From an uncultured Armatimonadetes bacterium (GTDB lineage: Bacteria; Armatimonadota; UBA5829; DTJY01), in the NCBI GenBank assembly GCA_963717145.1, contig OY970325.1, forward strand, positions 4,864,001-4,928,000: a DNA stretch of 64,000 nt, written 5' to 3'. Made by a program: the position numbers and the translations under genes. Below are positions 27,225 through 37,464 of the stretch, one piece after another. The notes below the pieces were generated by a model. That model was not told the origin of the DNA, ran no database searches, and was given only the letters and a program-made list of their open reading frames with translations. Every line of letters begins with the position of its first letter. Position 1 is the stretch's first letter.

Positions 27225-28444
27225 TCATACCTCAGTGCCACTGCCGGGGTCACCCGGGTCGCAAGCCACGCGGGCACTACCGACACCAGCAGGCTGAGCC
27301 CAAGAGTCGTCGTAAGGGACGCCCGGACCCAGTAGCTCAAGAACGGCAGGATAAGCCCCGTCATGCTGGTGAACTTGGCGATCAGTAGCGCCGAGAGCCC
27401 GATGCCGATCCCCCACGCCGCGATCGCCACCATCGACGCCTCGGCCGCAAACTGCATGACGATCTCGCCCCTCCGCGCTCCGAGCGCTCGCCGGAGTCCG
27501 ATCTCCTGGATGCGCTCCGACAGGGCGACGAGGGTCATGTTCAGCAGCGACATCAGCGCTATCGAGAGCGTCAATCCTCCTATCATGCCGAGGACCATGC
27601 GTGCGACACTCGTGTTTCTCTCCCAGTTCTCGTATTCACCTTCGACGGTTGCCACCGCGTATCCTGGATTCGGGTTTACCATCGATGCCTGCATGCCAAG
27701 CTTCTTGCCGCCTGCCAGCGCATCTTTCGGGCTTGGGTAGTAGACACGAACGATCGATGAACCAGGGATACTTCCACGTTCGAGCACCTCCTCGGCCGTC
27801 TTGAAGGGCATCACCACCTGGCCAAGATCGCCGATCTGCCAGGAATATACATGGAGTTTGCTACTTCCATCCGTATCGAACGTGCCAACGATTTTGAGTC
27901 GGCAGCCGTTCAAAGTAAGCGGCCTGCCGATCGGATCCGACGACCCGGTAAGCCGGAGGAGCCAGTTCTTCGAGATGAGGCAGACCATGTCCCCGTTCCG
28001 TATCTCCCGAGCCGTGAAGTCTCGACCCATCGCGACCTGGTAGTCTCGGAGATAGGGCTGCTCACCGCTCGATGCCACCTTCGTCGCAATGTTGACCGAG
28101 AGCCGCTGCTTGTCTTCACCGACATCCAGCGTGTACTTGCGGTAGAGAGCGGTGCCCAGGATGCTCTTGTCCCTGTTGCGTATCCCGGCGGCAATGAGCC
28201 TTGCTTCCTCCAGTGACACGACTTTCGTGCCGCGAGGTCCCTGGCCGTGAATCATCAGAGCCGCCTCACTTCGCTGTGTTGGAGTCCATGCCTGCGGACC
28301 GGTATTCAGTTGGCGCTCACCAAGTGAGGTGAAGGCCATCAGCGCGACCACTCCCAGGCTGACGGACATCACTGTAAGTCCCAGCCTCATCGGATGGTGG
28401 AAGGCGGCTGTGATTCCGGACTGAATGTTGCGGGTGAACCTCAT
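27221..28444 (-). CDS. MacB/FtsX-type ABC permease
   Basis: GRDFT, PIGR, NMTLVALSERIQEIGLRRALGARRGEI..QF..EA, P..ALRYE. Confidence 0.88.
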   Translation of the reverse strand: MRFTRNIQSGITAAFHHPMRLGLTVMSVSLGVVALMAFTSLGERQLNTGPQAWTPTQRSEAALMIHGQGPRGTKVVSLEEARLIAAGIRNRDKSILGTALYRKYTLDVGEDKQRLSVNIATKVASSGEQPYLRDYQVAMGRDFTAREIRNGDMVCLISKNWLLRLTGSSDPIGRPLTLNGCRLKIVGTFDTDGSSKLHVYSWQIGDLGQVVMPFKTAEEVLERGSIPGSSIVRVYYPSPKDALAGGKKLGMQASMVNPNPGYAVATVEGEYENWERNTSVARMVLGMIGGLTLSIALMSLLNMTLVALSERIQEIGLRRALGARRGEIVMQFAAEASMVAIAAWGIGIGLSALLIAKFTSMTGLILPFLSYWVRASLTTTLGLSLLVSVVPAWLATRVTPAVALRYE

Positions 28445-28453
28445 CGCAGTCTC

Positions 28454-29704
28454 CTACCCCCGTGCCCCGGAGGCGATCGCCTCAGCCGGCCTGAGCCTCG
28501 ACGCATAGATCGCAGCGTTCACTCCGCCGATCACGCCGATAAGGACGACGAACGCCACTCCCGTCAGGATCTCCGGCATGTAGGTCATCGCATCGAACTT
28601 CACTGCTGCCTGCCGATCGCCCATATACACGAGAAACGTCGCCAGCGCGACTCCGATTCCTCCGCCGAACAAGCAGAGCATGATGGACTCCGCGAGCACC
28701 TGCGATACGATGTCCCTCGCGGTGGCGCCCACTGCCCGGCGGATGCCGAACTCCCTCCTGCGCTCGGTCACGGAGACCAGCATGACGTTGACGACCCCGG
28801 CCGCCGCCGCGATCACCATCATGATGCCGGTCATTGCGATCACCAGCAGAATGCTGCGCGCGATCTTCGGCATCACGAACGCCGACGCGGCGAATCCTGC
28901 CTCGATCGGCCCGATGCGCTTGGAGAGCAGATCATCGATTTCGCGGGCGGCCCGATTCTCGTCGCGTGGAAGCACCTCAACCCGACGGTAAGTGTGACCG
29001 GAAAAGCTCTCCGCGGCCAGGCGCGGAACGTGGATGCTGGTGTTGGCGTTGGAGACTGGCTGCGGACTTCGATCCTCGGATTCACTTTCGACCATTGTCT
29101 TGGCGGAACTGAGCTTGGTGACGCCGATGACTCTAAAATCCTGGCCTGCCATGCTGATCGCGCGGCCGATGGGATCCGTCTTGCCCACAAGTGTGCCGAC
29201 TCCGTCTTTGCTGACCAGGCATACCCGGTCGCCCCTCCGCTGCTCCTCCCTGGTGAACATGCGTCCCTTCACAACGGCGAAATACCCCATATCGAGGCCG
29301 CAGATAATCGGGCTGATCGTGTTGTCCGTGGCGATCACCGGCCATGACGGCGCTGTTTTCTCGCCACATTTGACGTTCTCGACATCGAGGCCGAGCCAGA
29401 CGATGACCTCTCGGACGTTGGGGAGCTTACGGAGCGCCGCCACATCGGCATCGGTGAGATACATGCGAGCGACACGCCTCCCCGCGGCCAACTCCTCCTT
29501 ACTCTGGCTCACCATGATGCGGATCGTGATGTTCTCGAACTTGCGCCTGATCTGCAGGTTGCGGAGGTCTTCATGCCGGATGATCAGCACTCCGGCGGCG
29601 ACACAGGTCGCTGAGATCCCCACGCCGATCATCGCCAGGACCGAACGCAGTCTCCGCCGCCAGATCGACTTCCATGCTGTTCCGATGGTGTCCCTGAATC
29701 TCAC
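28454..29704 (-). CDS. MacB/FtsX-type ABC permease
   Basis: RSVLAMIGVGI, GRMFT, GVVNVMLVSVTERRREFGIRRAVGA. Confidence 0.9.
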   Translation of the reverse strand: MRFRDTIGTAWKSIWRRRLRSVLAMIGVGISATCVAAGVLIIRHEDLRNLQIRRKFENITIRIMVSQSKEELAAGRRVARMYLTDADVAALRKLPNVREVIVWLGLDVENVKCGEKTAPSWPVIATDNTISPIICGLDMGYFAVVKGRMFTREEQRRGDRVCLVSKDGVGTLVGKTDPIGRAISMAGQDFRVIGVTKLSSAKTMVESESEDRSPQPVSNANTSIHVPRLAAESFSGHTYRRVEVLPRDENRAAREIDDLLSKRIGPIEAGFAASAFVMPKIARSILLVIAMTGIMMVIAAAAGVVNVMLVSVTERRREFGIRRAVGATARDIVSQVLAESIMLCLFGGGIGVALATFLVYMGDRQAAVKFDAMTYMPEILTGVAFVVLIGVIGGVNAAIYASRLRPAEAIASGARG

Positions 29705-30402
29705 GATGTCACCCTTACCGAATCCTGGTCGATCAGGCCGTCCCGCAGGCTGACGATCCGGTGTGCACGGTCGGCGATGCTCTGATCGTGGGTCACCATC
29801 ACCAGCGTGATCCCCCGCTCTTCGTGCAGCGTTTGAAGCAGGTCCATGATCTCGCCGCCCCGTCTGCTGTCGAGGTTTCCGGTCGGCTCGTCGGCCAGGA
29901 TGACCGACGGGTCGTTCACCAGCGCTCGGGCGATCGCGACTCTCTGCTGTTCACCGCCGGAGAGTTCGCTCGGGCGGTGGCGCATCCGATCTTGCAGGCC
30001 GACCATCGTCAGGGCGGCCTCGGCCTTCTGCCGTCGCTCTTTCTTCGAAAGGCCCGCGTAGACCAATGGGACCATGGCATTCTCGATCGCCGACACGCGT
30101 GGGAGCATATTGTAGGATTGGAAGATGAAGCCGAGTTCGCGGTTGCGAATGTCGCTGCGACGCCGATCGGTGAGCCGGGCGACCTCCTGGCCGTTGAGCT
30201 TGTAGGAGCCGCGACTAGGCCAGTCGAGGCATCCGAGCACGTTCAGGAGCGTCGTCTTCCCCGATCCCGACGGTCCCATGATCGCAACCATCTCACCCCT
30301 GCCGATTTCCAGGGAGAGTCCCTGGAGCGCGAGCACCGGCACTCGTCCCATCTGATATGTTTTCGTTATGTCTCGCAGACTGATCAGGCTCTCGTCTTCC
30401 AT
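29701..30402 (-). CDS. ABC ATP-binding protein (LolD/MacB-like)
   Basis: GPSGSGKT, LSGGEQQRVAIARAL, ILADEPTGNLD, VTHD. Confidence 0.96.
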   Translation of the reverse strand: MEDESLISLRDITKTYQMGRVPVLALQGLSLEIGRGEMVAIMGPSGSGKTTLLNVLGCLDWPSRGSYKLNGQEVARLTDRRRSDIRNRELGFIFQSYNMLPRVSAIENAMVPLVYAGLSKKERRQKAEAALTMVGLQDRMRHRPSELSGGEQQRVAIARALVNDPSVILADEPTGNLDSRRGGEIMDLLQTLHEERGITLVMVTHDQSIADRAHRIVSLRDGLIDQDSVRVTS

Positions 30403-30529
30403 TCAAACTTCCTCCACGATTCTTCTCACCAGTTTAGACGCACACCCCGCCACGATCGTTGAGTGCGGCTATTCGTGTTTCTGCTCGTTATGCTACAATG
30501 CAGCGAACACCTGACACGGGAGCGCATCC

Positions 30530-32998
30530 ATGTCTGACATCCTCGAACGCTCGAAGGTCAAACACATATACATCATCCAGCTCTCACATCTCGACATCGG
30601 CTTCACGGGCACTCAGTGCGAGGTGGCCCAGATCTCCGCCGAGACCATCAACCGGGCGATCGAGTTCTGTCACGAACACCCTGACTACAAGTGGACGATC
30701 GAGAGCATCTGGCAGCTCAAGCAGTGGACGGCAGGGAAGAGCCCAGAGCATATCGGTGAACTCGTCAGCTTGGTGAAGGCCGGGCGGATCGGCCTGACCG
30801 CCGGGTACGCCGGGATACTGAGCGCCACCATGGGCGCGGAGGAGTTCTGTCGGTCGCTCTACCCGGCGGAGAAGCTCAGGCGCGAGTATGGCGTCACCAT
30901 CGAGACGATCATCCAGAACGACATCCCCGGCTACTCGTGGGCCTACCCGCAAATACTGGCGAAGAGCGGCGTCAAGCACTTCGTAACCGGCACGAACCAC
31001 TTCATCGGCAAGGGCGCGGAGATTCCCTGGCAGGACCGTCCGTTTTGGTGGGAAGGGCCTGACGGCAGCCGAGTCCTGACCTACATCTGCCATGATCCCG
31101 GCATCAACGAGAGCGGATACCTCCACGGGTTTTGGGAGCACGGCTGGGGCCCCGGTGGACGGGCCGAGCAGACCGTCCCCGAGATGCTCGAACGCCTGGA
31201 GGATGCCGGCTACCCGCACGATTCCGTCCTCATTATGTCCGGCACTGGTGACAACGCCAACACGTTCATCGGAATGGTCGAAGGCGCGCGGGAATGGAAC
31301 TCGAAGCACTCGACGCCGACGATGATCATCTGCACGCCCGATGAGTTCTTCGCCCACCTCAGGGAGGAGAACGCCGGCCCATACCCCGTGTATCGCGGCG
31401 ACTGGTCCGGGCTTTGGGACCAGAACGCTCAGGTCGTCCCGTACGGCGTCTCGCTCTCCCGCCGGGTCCACGACGAGCTTCCTCAGGCCGAGGCGCTCGC
31501 GTCTTTCGCGGGCGTTTTCGGCCTCAAGGCGTACCCGAAGGCCGACCTCGATACCGCATGGGAGAACGTCATCACCTTCGACGAGCACTCCGGGGGCGGC
31601 GGCTGGCCCGGCACTCTCACCCCGGAGCAGACCGCCGAGGGGAATGTCGTCGCGCTCGGGCACGCGCAGACCGCGCTCGATCGTACATCGAGCGTTCACC
31701 ACGCCTCACTCGAAGCGATCTCGTCCTCGGTGCGCATCGAGGAGGACGGCATCCTCGTCTGGAATCCGACGGCGCATTCCCGATCCGACGTCGTCCGCAC
31801 CGGCGATCTCATCATCCGAGCCGACGACCTGCCGGGCCTCGGGTATAGGTCCTATATGTCCCATACGTCCCATGATCCCGGCGTCGCCGCAGTCCCCAAC
31901 TCACTCGAGAACGAGCACCTCCGCCTCGAAGTCGGCCCGGACGGCATGGTCGCGAGCATCAGGGACAAGCGGACGGGCCGCGAACTGGTCGACGGCGGGT
32001 CCAAGTACGGCTTCGGTCAGCTCGTTCAGGCGACGAAGCTCTCCTCAGACTCTCTGCCGTTCAATCAGCCTGAGATCAAGGCGGGCCAGAGCCATCCACT
32101 CGCCGCGAGCCTCATCATCGAGGACGCGCAGTGCCCGCTGAGGCGGACCGAGATCACTCTCCTCGCCGGGGAGCCGATCGTCCGCTTCCGGCACACATTC
32201 GACATGACGCGCACGTCTCACAGGACATACGACGAAGGCCCGATCAGGTACGACGTCGCCTATCCGCTCGACATTCTCAATGGCAAGCTCGCATTCGACA
32301 CGCCCGCGGGGATGCTCGACCCCGACCTCGACTTCATGCCCAAAGCCCACCACATAATCAACGTCCACCACGGCGGTGATGTCAGCGGCGATGAGTGCGG
32401 AGTGGCCTTCGCATCCCCTGAGGCGTTCATGTGGGAGTTCGGCGGCATCAACGGCCTCTGGGGCACTGCCATCCCGCCGGAATCGACGCCGCTGATGATG
32501 CGGCTGCTCAGCAAGCACGACGAGGCCAGCTACAAGGAAGGCATCGGCCCGGTCGTCACCGAGCCCGGCGCGCCCCAGGAGCGCATCTACGAGGCCGTCT
32601 TCATGCTTCACTCGGGCGATGATCCATCGGCGGTCAGGCGGTTCATGCTCGACGAAGCGAATCCGCTCGTCGCCGTCCCAATCAGCGCGAATCCGAAGGG
32701 AATCCTTCCGGAATCCGGGCAGTTCCTCCATGTGGACGGCAAGGACATCGTGCTTCTGACGCTGAAACAGGCTGAAGACGGCGATGGTTACATCATGCGC
32801 CTGATGGAGACCAGCGGCTCGGAGTCGGATGTGACGATCAGGCCCGGACTGCTGACCATCGCCAACCCGTGGCTTGTCGACAACGTCGAGCGCCCGATCC
32901 GTGCCCTGACGCTCGATCATGGGCAGGTGAAACTTACTCTCCGCCCCAGGGAGATCGTGACGATCAGATTCAACTTGGAGGTTCACACATGCGACTAG
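30530..32998 (+). CDS. Glycoside hydrolase family 38-like (alpha-mannosidase-related)
   Basis: SHLDIGFT, NDIPGYSW, PFWWEGPDGSRVL, FDEH, LENEHL, LKQAEDGDGYIMRL.E. Confidence 0.82.
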   Translation: MSDILERSKVKHIYIIQLSHLDIGFTGTQCEVAQISAETINRAIEFCHEHPDYKWTIESIWQLKQWTAGKSPEHIGELVSLVKAGRIGLTAGYAGILSATMGAEEFCRSLYPAEKLRREYGVTIETIIQNDIPGYSWAYPQILAKSGVKHFVTGTNHFIGKGAEIPWQDRPFWWEGPDGSRVLTYICHDPGINESGYLHGFWEHGWGPGGRAEQTVPEMLERLEDAGYPHDSVLIMSGTGDNANTFIGMVEGAREWNSKHSTPTMIICTPDEFFAHLREENAGPYPVYRGDWSGLWDQNAQVVPYGVSLSRRVHDELPQAEALASFAGVFGLKAYPKADLDTAWENVITFDEHSGGGGWPGTLTPEQTAEGNVVALGHAQTALDRTSSVHHASLEAISSSVRIEEDGILVWNPTAHSRSDVVRTGDLIIRADDLPGLGYRSYMSHTSHDPGVAAVPNSLENEHLRLEVGPDGMVASIRDKRTGRELVDGGSKYGFGQLVQATKLSSDSLPFNQPEIKAGQSHPLAASLIIEDAQCPLRRTEITLLAGEPIVRFRHTFDMTRTSHRTYDEGPIRYDVAYPLDILNGKLAFDTPAGMLDPDLDFMPKAHHIINVHHGGDVSGDECGVAFASPEAFMWEFGGINGLWGTAIPPESTPLMMRLLSKHDEASYKEGIGPVVTEPGAPQERIYEAVFMLHSGDDPSAVRRFMLDEANPLVAVPISANPKGILPESGQFLHVDGKDIVLLTLKQAEDGDGYIMRLMETSGSESDVTIRPGLLTIANPWLVDNVERPIRALTLDHGQVKLTLRPREIVTIRFNLEVHTCD

Positions 32999-34749
32999 CC
33001 GCTATTCTACTGCTGACTATGCTTATCGTTTCCGAATCCCTCGCCCGAGATCTGGAGATATCCCACGCCTATTACCGAGATACGAACGCCAGCCTGCATC
33101 TCTTCCTGGCGAACCACGGCAATGAGCCGGTGTCGATACTGCCACCTGTCGTCGATGGTCAGGACTGCGCCACCCTCGGCAGGGATGGCCTCCACATTAC
33201 AAACGTCCTCTGGTTCCGAAGCCGTCCGAATCCCATTCCGCCCGGTGGGATCGCCGACCTGACGATCACCCTGGCCCTTCCGACCGACAAACCGGTGACC
33301 GTCGAACTGACTACGTCGTCCGGGCAGAAGCTTCGGAAGGTCATCCGATGTGTGCCGGAGCCGATCCGTTTCCAGGCCGTCCGGTTCAGCGCGGACCTGC
33401 GGACCGTGGATGTCTACGTCCGCACGACTGAGGCCCTGCGCCGGATACGTATGGACGGCACCGATGTCGGCAGATCGGGTGAGAGCCTCGACGGCCTCGC
33501 GTTTACTCGAATCAGGCTGAAAGAGCCGCTCGCGCCGAACTCATTCCACGTCTTCGAAGTCGAGGCCGAGGGAGGAGCATCTACCGCGTGTCAGATCCGC
33601 GCGATCCCCGCCGAATTCCTGATCGGCGTCTATGGCAGCCCGAGTCCCGAGGCAATCGCCGATTGGGCGAAGCACGGCCTCAACCATTACCTGTCGTTCG
33701 GCGGAGTCTCGACAGACCTCCTGGATACGTTCGCCGAGCACAAGATCAGCGTCGGGGCGAAATACATCCCCGAGCACCTGGTGGACCGTACCGCCGGCAA
33801 GGTCTCCATCTATGATGAAGAGAAAGCCAAGTCCGCGCTGGATGCCGTCATCGACAAGCCGAGCCTGCTCTACCACCATCTCGTGGACGAGCCGGATGTC
33901 TCCGACTACTACGTGAACCACACGCTCGGCGCGAGCGGGATGGAGCTTATCGCGCGCGACGAGTTCTACGAGCGAAACGATCCCGGGCGCTACACCTTCG
34001 TTCAGCTCGACAACACCTTCCGGCCCAGGAACTACCGAGTCTATGGAGAGAGCGCCGATCTGCTGGCGACGCACAGGTATTCCCTCGGCAGCTATCTCAA
34101 GAGCGAGGCGGGCGAGACGACGGTCAAGCGCCTGCCCTTCTTCGAGGACATGGTCGAGACGTTACGACTTCTTCGCGGTGCTACTGAGCCTAAGCCGTTC
34201 TTCATGGTGCCCCAGTTCTTCAACCTCGGGCCGGGCCGCGCGGGACGTCCGCCGACCATCGAGGAGATGCGCCTCCAGTGCTACACCATGGTCGCAGGCG
34301 GCGCTCGCGGGCTGATTCACTACATATTCTCCGGCTCGACAGGCGGCGGTGAAGGCGGGCGAACTCCGGCTCTCTGGGACGCTATGACCGGCCTCCATCA
34401 GGAGCTTGCCGGCGTCGGCGAGATCGTCGGTTCCGGTACGCCCGCGCCCGCCAATTGGGTGAAATGCAGTTCCGCGAACGTGCTGGCGACTGGGCTGCTC
34501 TGCGGGGACGAGATGGCGGTCGTGTTCATCAATCTCAGTCACCGCTCGTCGCTCCATAGCTTCACCGCGATCTCGGTGCGAGACTTCACGGTAAGAGTGC
34601 GCATCCCGCCGTGGATCGAGGCCTCGGATCTGGAGGTCCGTCTCGCGGACACCGGGGATCCGATTGGGGCCACGATCGAAGGCGACACCTTGAGCTTCAC
34701 GGTCGATGAAGTGACCGATGCTCGATGCGTTCTGCTCTTACGGAAGTGA
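32989..34749 (+). CDS. Secreted hypothetical protein with a possible TIM-barrel glycoside-hydrolase-like C-domain
   Basis: Signal peptide; GGAGG RBS; LVDEPD, PT.EEMRLQCY..VAGGARGLI.Y. Confidence 0.65.
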   Translation: MRLAAILLLTMLIVSESLARDLEISHAYYRDTNASLHLFLANHGNEPVSILPPVVDGQDCATLGRDGLHITNVLWFRSRPNPIPPGGIADLTITLALPTDKPVTVELTTSSGQKLRKVIRCVPEPIRFQAVRFSADLRTVDVYVRTTEALRRIRMDGTDVGRSGESLDGLAFTRIRLKEPLAPNSFHVFEVEAEGGASTACQIRAIPAEFLIGVYGSPSPEAIADWAKHGLNHYLSFGGVSTDLLDTFAEHKISVGAKYIPEHLVDRTAGKVSIYDEEKAKSALDAVIDKPSLLYHHLVDEPDVSDYYVNHTLGASGMELIARDEFYERNDPGRYTFVQLDNTFRPRNYRVYGESADLLATHRYSLGSYLKSEAGETTVKRLPFFEDMVETLRLLRGATEPKPFFMVPQFFNLGPGRAGRPPTIEEMRLQCYTMVAGGARGLIHYIFSGSTGGGEGGRTPALWDAMTGLHQELAGVGEIVGSGTPAPANWVKCSSANVLATGLLCGDEMAVVFINLSHRSSLHSFTAISVRDFTVRVRIPPWIEASDLEVRLADTGDPIGATIEGDTLSFTVDEVTDARCVLLLRK

Positions 34750-34755
34750 GGGGCG

Positions 34756-35763
34756 ATGACCGCATCCGTATCGGTCCTCATGCCTGCATACAACGCCGCG
34801 GACACGATCCGTCAGGCCGTGACGAGCCTCCAGCGTCAGACCCTCGCCGACTTCGAGGTCGTCGCGGTGGACGACGGCTCGACCGACGGCACGGGTGACA
34901 TTCTCGATGAGCTGGCGCTCGATGACACGCGCATCAGGCCGGTCCATCTCCCGCACTCGGGGCTGATTGAGGCGCTCAATGCCGGAATCAAGCGGTGCGG
35001 CGCAGACCTCATCGCCCGCATGGACGCCGATGACATATGCCACCCTGAGCGCGTGAGGCTTCAGGTCGAGTACATGCGCGATCATCCTGATGTAAGCGTA
35101 TGCGGGTGCCTGGTCCGCTCGTTTCCCAGGAATGTGATCCGAGAGGGCTTCCTCCGCTACGAGGCGTGGCTGAACTCCCTCACCACGCACGACCAGATCG
35201 CGCGCGACTTCTTCGTCGAGAGCCCGCTCGCCCACCCCAGCGTCATGATGCGGGCGTCCGACCTGCGAGCGATCGGGGGGTACCGGGAGATGGGCTGGCC
35301 GGAGGACTACGACCTCTGGCTGCGGTTCTTCATGGCGGACAAGCGTTTCGGCAAGGTGGCGCGGACTCTCCTCTTCTGGCGCGAAACGCCCGGGCGGCTC
35401 ACGTTCACGGATTCTCGCTACTCGCTCGAGAACTTCGTACGGGCGAAGGCACACTTCCTGGCGATACTGATTCAGGCCAAGAACCGGCCGCTGATCGTCT
35501 GGGGCGCAGGAATGATGGGCCGCCGACTGACGAAGCACCTCGTCCGGGAGGGTATCCAGCCGATCGCGGTGGTTGACATCGACCCGCGCAAGATCGGCCG
35601 GACGATGCGAGGATCTCCGATCATCCCGCCGGAACAGCTTGCAGGTCATCCGAACGCATTCGTCATCGTCGCAGTGGGATCGGAGGGCGCGCGGGAGATC
35701 ATTCGCGCCAGGCTGAACGCGATGGGCCGAATCGAAGTGGAAGATCACCTCTGTGCTGCGTAG
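34756..35763 (+). CDS. Glycosyltransferase family 2
   Basis: SVLMPAYNA, VDDGSTD, ARMDADD, HPSVM, EDYDLWLR; C-terminal Rossmann-like WGAG. Confidence 0.92.
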   Translation: MTASVSVLMPAYNAADTIRQAVTSLQRQTLADFEVVAVDDGSTDGTGDILDELALDDTRIRPVHLPHSGLIEALNAGIKRCGADLIARMDADDICHPERVRLQVEYMRDHPDVSVCGCLVRSFPRNVIREGFLRYEAWLNSLTTHDQIARDFFVESPLAHPSVMMRASDLRAIGGYREMGWPEDYDLWLRFFMADKRFGKVARTLLFWRETPGRLTFTDSRYSLENFVRAKAHFLAILIQAKNRPLIVWGAGMMGRRLTKHLVREGIQPIAVVDIDPRKIGRTMRGSPIIPPEQLAGHPNAFVIVAVGSEGAREIIRARLNAMGRIEVEDHLCAA

Positions 35764-35801
35764 CCCGGGTTGCTCATGATATGTTCAGAGGGCGTGCGCT
35801 C

Positions 35802-35880
35802 TGTCATTCTGAGCGAAGTGACGAATCTGGCGAGAGCATACCTCAAGAACGCCGGATTCTTCACTTCGCTCAGAATGACA
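35802..35880. repeat. GTCATTCTGAGCGAAG-type palindromic element
   Basis: TGTCATTCTGAGCGAAGTGA (35802-35821) vs TCACTTCGCTCAGAATGACA (35861-35880), perfect 20 bp. Confidence 0.9.
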
Positions 35881-35947
35881 CGGATGATCCGGGCTAGCAG
35901 ACTGAAGAATCGGGACGATTCCTCCGAAATTCCTGGGTGGTAAGGTA

Positions 35948-37309
35948 CGTGTTGCCTCATTTAACTTTGTTACCGAAACGCCATTCGTTGCGTCATTGAT
36001 AATGTTACCAAGTAGTGTGTTCAAGTATGTCAGATCGGCTCTTGATCGCCGCTCAGGGCCGCGCCTTGCTCGCTTTCGATCTGTCTTTGTTCGGCATCCT
36101 GTCAAGCTTTGATGATAGCCTGTGGATGCGTCTTAGTAGCTCCACCGGGTTCGTCGCTCTACGTTCTTTATCGAGGCGATCCTTTGCTTCATCGTCAAGC
36201 CATCCTTCAACACTTATCAGCTTGCGGTACGGCGTCATCGCAGGCTCATAGCGTTTGATCACTTTACTCCCAATCCGCTCCTTTTCTTTAAGACGCATCA
36301 TGGGCTGACAGAAGTTGTGATACGCCACGATCAGCGGATATATCGCCTTTAGTACCGCAAGCTGCTCGTCCGTCTCGAATCGCCGGTAACCTATAAACTG
36401 CCGGACTACGCTCCAGTTCTTCTGCTCTACATGACATTGATCGTTCTTCTTGTAAGGCCGACTGCGCGTAAACGTGATCCTGTGCGCTCGACAGTACTTG
36501 TTCATGTGATGGTTGATGAACTCGCCGCCGTTGTCGGTATCTATGCCTCTGACTGCAAACGGTGCGCTCTTGGACGCGGACTGCACCGCAAGCACGGTTC
36601 CGTGCTCCCCTCGGCCTTTCATTCCATCAAGCGCTACCCATCCGGTCGCTACATCAGTCATAGTCAAAGTATACAGGAACTCTCCGCTCCCGTCACCTCC
36701 GCAATGACCCACCAAGTCCATCTCGAAGAACCCAGGCTCAGCTTCATCCCAGTCGGCAAACGTCCTCACCGGGATCTGAGACCGAAGCAGTGTCCCCGGC
36801 TTTGTTAAGGTCCTCCCTGTTAGCGATAGGGCAGACCGCTCCTTCTTCATCAACCTGTCGATGCTCGACGCGCTGATCGAGTTAAGCAGCCTCTCTTCTT
36901 CTGGTGTAACCGTTATCTCCCCGAATGACTCCAGTATGGGTAGAAACTCAGTCAGAAACGGCTGCAGACGCTTACCGCACGCGTAGAAACTCGCAGCCCA
37001 GAGTGTCTTCAGCTTGTGGGCTATCGGCTCGTATTTCGACTTCCTTGCGCGTCTCACTGGACTCCTCGCTGGTGGAACTCCTTTCGCGAACAGCCTCACC
37101 AGCGACTTCCTGTGGTAACCGGTCAATCCCTGGACTTCACTCAATACCAGCTTCTTCTCCGATTTGGTGGCTTTGCCATATTCTTTGCGTTTGCGCCTCA
37201 CGACTTCTCTTACGGATGCAGTTGTCATCTTCTCCATGCCTCAGTTTCGGTAACATTCTTATCTGAGGCAACGTTTCCGTTTCGGTAACATCGTTCGTGA
37301 AGCAATTCG
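35948..37309 (-). mobile_element. Insertion sequence with rve-type DDE transposase, doubled subterminal inverted repeats and 5-bp TSD
   Basis: AGGTA at 35943-35947 and 37310-37314; each end has two copies of TTGCNTCA-N-TGTTACC(GAAA) in inverted orientation. Confidence 0.85.
36053..37237 (-). CDS. Integrase-core (rve) DDE transposase
   Basis: TGYHRKSL, PGFFEMDLVGHCG, IDTDNGGEF, FTRSRPYKKNDQCHVEQKN. Confidence 0.9.
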   Translation of the reverse strand: MEKMTTASVREVVRRKRKEYGKATKSEKKLVLSEVQGLTGYHRKSLVRLFAKGVPPARSPVRRARKSKYEPIAHKLKTLWAASFYACGKRLQPFLTEFLPILESFGEITVTPEEERLLNSISASSIDRLMKKERSALSLTGRTLTKPGTLLRSQIPVRTFADWDEAEPGFFEMDLVGHCGGDGSGEFLYTLTMTDVATGWVALDGMKGRGEHGTVLAVQSASKSAPFAVRGIDTDNGGEFINHHMNKYCRAHRITFTRSRPYKKNDQCHVEQKNWSVVRQFIGYRRFETDEQLAVLKAIYPLIVAYHNFCQPMMRLKEKERIGSKVIKRYEPAMTPYRKLISVEGWLDDEAKDRLDKERRATNPVELLRRIHRLSSKLDRMPNKDRSKASKARP

Positions 37310-37314
37310 AGGTA

Positions 37315-37343
37315 TAGACAACACGCAGGAATCGTGCTATAAT
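37315..37343 (+). promoter_or_regulatory. Sigma70-type promoter of tRNA-Asn
   Basis: TAGACA - 17 nt - TATAAT, with TG extension. Confidence 0.7.
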
Positions 37344-37391
37344 TCCATGGCTGGCAGGGATCAGCATTCATACCTGCCAATCCGTCGATGC

Positions 37392-37464
37392 TCCTCGGTA
37401 GCTCAATCGGCAGAGCACTTGGCTGTTAACCAGGGGGTTCGTGGTTCGAGTCCACGCCGGGGAG
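37392..37464 (+). tRNA. tRNA-Asn(GTT), no encoded CCA
   Basis: Acceptor stem TCCTCGG/CCGGGGA, D arm GCTCAATCGGCAGAGC, anticodon loop CTGTTAA, T loop GGTTCGAGTCC. Confidence 0.96.
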
